A DNA stretch of 64,000 nucleotides, taken from NCBI GenBank assembly GCA_035524895.1, contig DATLFI010000047.1:28-64027 (forward strand). Direction: 5' to 3'. This DNA is from Thermoanaerobaculia bacterium. GTDB taxonomy: Bacteria; Acidobacteriota; Thermoanaerobaculia; Multivoradales; Multivoraceae. The position numbers were made by a program, and so were the translations under genes. The notes beneath the pieces were generated by a model. The model made no database searches. It worked only from the letters and a program-made list of their open reading frames with translations, and was not told the DNA's origin. Positions 59,256-64,000 of the stretch are shown here, piece by piece. Within the stretch, counting starts at the first letter, position 1. Each line of letters starts with the position of its first letter.

Positions 59256-60286
59256 GCGCGATACGCGAGGCGACCAGAACAGCGGCCGTGCTCGCGTACA
59301 CGGAGGACCTGCAGGAGCGTCTGTGCGCCGCGCTCGAGGCGATCGACGGCGCGGCACCTTTTGATCGCAGGGAGCTCCAGCTCCCCCACGGCGGCGCGGC
59401 GCGGCCATGCGTCCTCAGCGACGGACCGGTCGTCGAGCGAGCTGCCGTCCACGTCACCCGTACCCGCGCGCCGCGTCTGCCCTCGGCCGCCACGACGCAC
59501 CGGCCCGAGCTCGCGGGCCGCGGATACCAGGCGGCCTCCATCTCGGTGATCGTGCACCCGCGCAACCCGTACGCGCCGACCGGCCACCTGAACCTCCGGT
59601 ACTTCGAAGCCGATGGCGAGGGCGAGTCGAACCTGGCGTGGTTCGGCGGAGGCTTCGACCTCACGCCGGTCTTCGGTTTCGTCGAGGACGCGGTGGCCTG
59701 GCATCGCGCCGCGCGGGAAGCCTGCCAGCCTTTCGGGCACGACCTCTACGCGCGCTTCAAGCGCCAGTGCGACGAGTACTTCGTGCTCCGCCACCGCGGC
59801 GAGGCGCGCGGAATAGGCGGGATCTTCTTCGACGACCTGCGCTCGCTCGACGCCGGAGGTGAAGACCTCGATCGCTGCTTCGACTTCGCGCGCGGTGTGG
59901 GCGAGACGTTCACTAGTGCCTACCTCGAGATCTTGGAGCGGCGGTGCGACATTCCCTGGGGCGATCGCCAGCGCCAGTTCCAGCTCTACCGTCGCGGTCG
60001 CTACGTCGAGTTCAACCTGCTCCACGACCGCGGCACCCGCTTCGGGCTCGAGGCGGGGAGCTGGGCCGAGTCCCTGCTCGCGTCGCTGCCGCCACTCGCG
60101 GCCTGGCGCTACGACTGGGAGCCGGAGCCGGGAAGCGAGGAGGAGGCGCTCGCCGGGTTCCTGCTGCCGCGGGACTGGGCGAACCTGCCGGCCGACGCCG
60201 AGATCGCCGCGACCTTGGCCACTAGCCCAGCGCACAGCGCCGCGGTGGCGGCTGCGCCGCCGCGCCAGCGGGGGGACTCGCGGTGA
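59252..60286 (+). CDS. hemF: Oxygen-dependent coproporphyrinogen-III oxidase
   Basis: NLRYFE, GIGGIFFDD and RGRYVEFNL motifs. TTG start overlaps the hemC stop (alternative GTG ~59287). Confidence 0.75.
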   Translation: MSAIREATRTAAVLAYTEDLQERLCAALEAIDGAAPFDRRELQLPHGGAARPCVLSDGPVVERAAVHVTRTRAPRLPSAATTHRPELAGRGYQAASISVIVHPRNPYAPTGHLNLRYFEADGEGESNLAWFGGGFDLTPVFGFVEDAVAWHRAAREACQPFGHDLYARFKRQCDEYFVLRHRGEARGIGGIFFDDLRSLDAGGEDLDRCFDFARGVGETFTSAYLEILERRCDIPWGDRQRQFQLYRRGRYVEFNLLHDRGTRFGLEAGSWAESLLASLPPLAAWRYDWEPEPGSEEEALAGFLLPRDWANLPADAEIAATLATSPAHSAAVAAAPPRQRGDSR

Positions 60287-61341
60287 TCGCGCATGCGCCC
60301 CCGGCTCCTCGCGCGGCTTCCGGCGCCGGCGTGCTTGCGATCAACCTCGGGACGCCCGATGCGCCCGAGCCGCGCGCCATCCGTCGCTACCTGCGGCAGT
60401 TCTTGAGCGACCCGCGCGTGGTCGAGCTGCCGCGCTGGCGGTGGTGGCCGGTGCTCTACGGCATCGTGCTGCCGCTTCGCCCGCGGCGCGTCGCCAAGCT
60501 GTACCGCACCGTGTGGACCGCGGAAGGCTCGCCGCTGCTCGCGATCTCCCGCCGGCAGGCTCGCGGGCTCGCCGACCGGCTCGCGACGAGCAGCGGCGAG
60601 GCCGTGCAAGTAGAGCTGGGCATGCGCTACGGCAATCCCTCGATCGGCAGCGCGCTGCGCGCGCTCCAGGCTCGAGGCTGCGAGCGGATCCTCGCGTTTC
60701 CCTTGTTCCCGCAGTACGCCGCGGCTACCACCGCGTCGGCGCTCGACGAGGTCGCCCGCGAGCTCCGGAGCTTCCGGCGCTGGCCTCACTTGCGCGCGAT
60801 CGCCGGCTACCACGACCACGCCGGCTACCTCGACGCGCTCGCCGCGTCGATCGTGGAGACCTGGCGGGACGGCGGTCCGCCCGAACGACTGGTGTGCTCG
60901 TACCACGGCATCCCCGAGCGCTACTACCGGCACGGCGACCCGTACCCCGACCAGTGCCACGACACCACCCGCCGCCTGGCTACGCGGCTGCCGCTCGAGA
61001 CAACGAAGATCTTGACCACGTTCCAGTCCCAGTTCGGCCGCGAGCGGTGGGTGGCTCCCGCCACCGATGCGACGCTCCAGACGCTGGCACGCGAGGGGGT
61101 GCGCCATGTCGGCGTGGTGTGCCCCGGCTTCTCGGCCGACTGCCTCGAAACGCTGGAGGAGATCGACGGTCAGAACCGCGAGCTCTTCCTGCACGCGGGT
61201 GGCGAGACCTTCCGCTTCGTCCCATGCCTCAACGACCGCGACGACCACCTGGACGCGCTCGCCGACATCGCGCGGCGCGACCTCGCCGGCTGGCTCGACG
61301 AGCTCCGGGAGGCCCCCCTACGCCAATGGGCAGGAGCGTGA
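60283..61341 (+). CDS. hemH: Ferrochelatase
   Basis: GVLAINLGTPDAP N-terminus and typical ferrochelatase length; GTG start overlaps the hemF stop (GTGA). Confidence 0.8.
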   Translation: MIAHAPPAPRAASGAGVLAINLGTPDAPEPRAIRRYLRQFLSDPRVVELPRWRWWPVLYGIVLPLRPRRVAKLYRTVWTAEGSPLLAISRRQARGLADRLATSSGEAVQVELGMRYGNPSIGSALRALQARGCERILAFPLFPQYAAATTASALDEVARELRSFRRWPHLRAIAGYHDHAGYLDALAASIVETWRDGGPPERLVCSYHGIPERYYRHGDPYPDQCHDTTRRLATRLPLETTKILTTFQSQFGRERWVAPATDATLQTLAREGVRHVGVVCPGFSADCLETLEEIDGQNRELFLHAGGETFRFVPCLNDRDDHLDALADIARRDLAGWLDELREAPLRQWAGA

Positions 61342-62669
61342 CCGTGAGCTGGCGGGACGCCATCCCACGCCTTGGTATCGCCGGCACGAGCTGGCGCGAC
61401 GTCGACACCTCGGTGCTCGCGAAGCTCGGTGGCTTGGTCCGCGACGAGGGTTGGCTGGCGTCCGCCCGCCGGGACATCGAGGTAGCCGAGCTGTGTCCAG
61501 TGGCGACCTGCAACCGCGTGGAGCTCGCATTCCTGACCCATCCCGGCGACGACCACGCGCGCCCTCTGCAGTCGATCCGCGAGGCGCTGCGGGAGGCGAG
61601 CGGCGGCGCTACGCCAGAGCTTCGGCTGCGCGCCGGCGATGCGGCGCTCGAACATCTGGTCGAGGTGGCGGCAGGCCTCGACTCCGCTATGCCGGGAGAA
61701 CGAGAGATCCGCGGCCAGTTGCGGTGTGCGGTGCGGGGCGCGCGCAACGCCGGGCTCGCCGGCGCGGGGCTCGAGCGCATGATCCACGAGGCCTTGCGCA
61801 TCGCGGCGCGGGTCCACGAGGAGACCGGCCTCGGCGGCGGTCGTGCCTCCCTTGCGGAGCTGGCGGTGCAACGGGTGCTGGCTCGACTGCGCGCCACGCC
61901 GGGAGCGGTGCTCCTGGTCGGCGTGTCGCCCATGACGCGTCGCGCCGCTGCACGGCTGGGCCGCGAACGGGTGGAGCTCGTGGTCGCCAACCGCACGGCC
62001 TCGCGCGCCGCGGAGCTGGCGGCGCTCCACGGTGGCGGCGCGGTCGCGCTCGACGCCCTGCGTTCCGCAACGCCCCGCGTCGAAGCGGTGATCACGGCGA
62101 CGGGTGCTCCCGAACCGGTGCTCGACCGCAACACGCTCGAACGGCTCGCTCACGGCAGCCCGAGCGGCAGACCGCCGATCCTGGTCGATCTCGCCGTGCC
62201 TCCCGACGCCGACCCCGAGACGGCGCGCGCCGCGGGAATCGAGCTGGTAGGCCTCGACGACCTGGTCCGCGAAGCAGAGCGCACCCGCGAGCGGCGCTCT
62301 GACCAGATCGCGGAGTCCCGCGCCGCCGTCGCGCGCCAGCTCGCGCGGCTGCGCCAGGAGCGCGCCGAGCGGGCCCTCTCGCCGGTCCTGCGCGACCTCG
62401 GCACGCGCTACCGTGACACGGCGCGCCGCGGCGTCGAGCTCTTGCTCGAGCGTGACCTGAGCAACATCGCCTTACAGCCAGCGGAGCGCGAAGCGTTGCT
62501 CGAGTGGGCCGACGCCCTCGCCCGAAGGCTGGCCCACCTCCCCACCGCCGGGCTGCGCGCACTGTCGTCGCGCTGCGGCCACGACGCGGTCGAGGTGTTC
62601 CTCGCCGCCGGCGACCCCAAGCTCCTCGACACGCTCGCGGAGTCGGGCGAGAGCCCGGAGCCTACGTGA
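61338..62669 (+). CDS. hemA: Glutamyl-tRNA reductase
   Basis: CNRVELAF and AAGLDSAMPGEREIRGQL motifs; GTG start overlaps the hemH stop. Confidence 0.8.
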   Translation: MTVSWRDAIPRLGIAGTSWRDVDTSVLAKLGGLVRDEGWLASARRDIEVAELCPVATCNRVELAFLTHPGDDHARPLQSIREALREASGGATPELRLRAGDAALEHLVEVAAGLDSAMPGEREIRGQLRCAVRGARNAGLAGAGLERMIHEALRIAARVHEETGLGGGRASLAELAVQRVLARLRATPGAVLLVGVSPMTRRAAARLGRERVELVVANRTASRAAELAALHGGGAVALDALRSATPRVEAVITATGAPEPVLDRNTLERLAHGSPSGRPPILVDLAVPPDADPETARAAGIELVGLDDLVREAERTRERRSDQIAESRAAVARQLARLRQERAERALSPVLRDLGTRYRDTARRGVELLLERDLSNIALQPAEREALLEWADALARRLAHLPTAGLRALSSRCGHDAVEVFLAAGDPKLLDTLAESGESPEPT

Positions 62670-63757
62670 CCCCCACCACCGCCAAGACTGCGGCCGCAAC
62701 CCCGCTGCTCCTGCGCGCGTTGCGCCTCGAGCAGGTGCCGCGCCGTCCGGTGTGGCTGATGCGCCAGGCCGGTCGCTGCCTTCCCGAGTACCGCAGCATG
62801 CGCGAGCGGCACTCCTTCGAAGAGCTGTCGCGAACGCCCGAGCTCGCTGCCGAGGTCACTCTGCTGCCGCTGCGGCGCTTTGCTTTCGACGCCGCGATCG
62901 TGTTCGCCGACATCGTCAGCCCGCTGCCGGCGCTCGGGCTGCAGGTGCGCTTCGACCCGGGACCGGTCTTCGAGCAGCCGCTGCGCACGGCGGCCGCCAT
63001 CGCCGCTTTGCCCGACCCCGACCGCGTACCGCTGGAAGAGATCGCACCCGAGGTCACCGCCGCGCTCTCGCTGGTGCGCTCGGATCTGCCGCGGCACATC
63101 GCACTGCTCGGCTTCGGCGGGGCGCCGCTCACCCTCGCGGCCTACCTCGTCCAGGGCCGCGGCAGCAGCTCCGGGTTTCCGGCCCTGCGCGCGCTGGCCC
63201 GCGCGGACCCTCGCTCGTTCCACCTGCTGATGGACAAGCTGTCTCGCCTGGTGGCGAGGTACCTGGTGGCGCAACACCGCGCCGGCGCCGACGTGGTGCA
63301 GGTGTTCGACTCCTGGGCTGGCCTGTTCTCGCGCCGCGACTGGCAGGAGCTGGTGCGACCGCACCTGGTGCAGATGCTCGAGGAGGTCGGGCGTGCCGGG
63401 GTGCCTAGGATCCTGTTCCTGCACGCCGCGCCGCACCTCGTCGACACCTTCGCTCGCCTGCCCTGCGAGGCGCTCGGCGTCGACTGGCGCACCGACCTCG
63501 AGCTGCTGCGCGTCGACTACCCCGAGCTCCCGCTGCAGGGAAATCTCGACCCAGCCATCCTGGTCGCCGGGCCCGCTGCCACCGCCGCCGCCACCAGCAA
63601 CCTGCTACGCCAGGTGCCGCGCCGCGGCCACATCGTCAACCTCGGGCACGGAGTGCTCCCAGACTCGCCGCTCGAGAGCATCGACGCTCTGCTCGAGGTC
63701 GTCCACGCCGAAGCGGCGCCGGCGCGCCGGGCCGTTCCCGCCACTATCTCGCCGTGA
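62666..63757 (+). CDS. hemE: Uroporphyrinogen decarboxylase
   Basis: PVWLMRQAGR N-terminal signature; GTG start overlaps the hemA stop. Confidence 0.85.
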   Translation: MTPTTAKTAAATPLLLRALRLEQVPRRPVWLMRQAGRCLPEYRSMRERHSFEELSRTPELAAEVTLLPLRRFAFDAAIVFADIVSPLPALGLQVRFDPGPVFEQPLRTAAAIAALPDPDRVPLEEIAPEVTAALSLVRSDLPRHIALLGFGGAPLTLAAYLVQGRGSSSGFPALRALARADPRSFHLLMDKLSRLVARYLVAQHRAGADVVQVFDSWAGLFSRRDWQELVRPHLVQMLEEVGRAGVPRILFLHAAPHLVDTFARLPCEALGVDWRTDLELLRVDYPELPLQGNLDPAILVAGPAATAAATSNLLRQVPRRGHIVNLGHGVLPDSPLESIDALLEVVHAEAAPARRAVPATISP

Positions 63758-64000
63758 ACGCGGCGCACCGCCTGGTGGTGGTGGGCGGCGGCATTTCCGG
63801 TCTCGGCGCCGCCTGGGCCGCGCGCGAGCAGCTCGGAGAAAGGCTCGAGGTCGTAGTGCTCGAGGCATCCGAGCACCCGGGCGGGAAGGCGCAGAGCTCG
63901 GTCGAAGACGGCTTCCTGCTCGAGAGCGGGCCGCACGGCTTCCTCGATCCCGACCCGGCGCTGCGCTCGTTGGCCGCCGCGACGGGCATCGAGCACGAGC
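63754..64000 (+). CDS. hemY: Protoporphyrinogen oxidase (FAD-dependent), 5' partial at the window end
   Basis: VVVGGGISGLGAA dinucleotide-binding motif; GTG overlaps the hemE stop; the CDS runs off the window. Confidence 0.55.
   Translation, partial: MNAAHRLVVVGGGISGLGAAWAAREQLGERLEVVVLEASEHPGGKAQSSVEDGFLLESGPHGFLDPDPALRSLAAATGIEHE

Overview
This is a ~72% GC bacterial window with many GTGA/ATGA-coupled genes and abundant secreted lipoproteins, consistent with a Myxococcota-like, high-GC Gram-negative genome. I call about 58 protein-coding genes on both strands. I found no rRNA, tRNA, CRISPR array or obvious transposase.

Layout of the window:
- 0.06-1.8 kb: a lytic transglycosylase and an orphan ZnuA-like metal-binding protein.
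- 1.8-10.4 kb: an accessory or defence-like stretch, described below.
- 10.5-12.4 kb: an FtsX-type ABC permease and its ATPase.
- 12.5-31.4 kb: a cell-envelope glycan and secreted-protein region. It holds a DsbA-like protein, a Wzx flippase, a GT1 glycosyltransferase with an in-frame 9-bp repeat, a PIG-L deacetylase, an epimerase, a GT2 glycosyltransferase, a methyltransferase-like protein, a GDSL hydrolase with dockerin repeats, a beta-gamma-crystallin protein, a GT-C-like membrane protein, an MBL hydrolase, a sugar nucleotidyltransferase and a SAT-like acetyltransferase. It also holds two of three paralogous 'sulfatase-like' lipoproteins that have Thr at the nucleophile position.
- 31.4-32.4 kb: gap (GAPDH).
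- 33.5-41.5 kb: a minus-strand operon of acyl-CoA carboxylase beta, enoyl-CoA hydratase, carboxylase alpha, a BKACE-family enzyme, the third sulfatase-like lipoprotein and a frameshifted permease.
- 41.6-44.5 kb: galU, galK and an SDR oxidoreductase.
- 44.6-57.1 kb: gene remnants, an S9 peptidase, an epoxide-hydrolase-like protein, a PQQ sugar dehydrogenase, an amidohydrolase and an esterase-like protein.
- 57.4-64 kb: a tightly overlapped heme operon, hemCD-hemF-hemH-hemA-hemE-hemY (partial).

The most unusual locus is the 1.8-10.4 kb stretch. It carries a HepT/MntA toxin-antitoxin pair, a VapBC toxin-antitoxin pair, and a three-gene operon. That operon encodes a ~977-aa TPR-CHAT (caspase-like) lipoprotein, translationally coupled to two large lipoproteins of unknown function.
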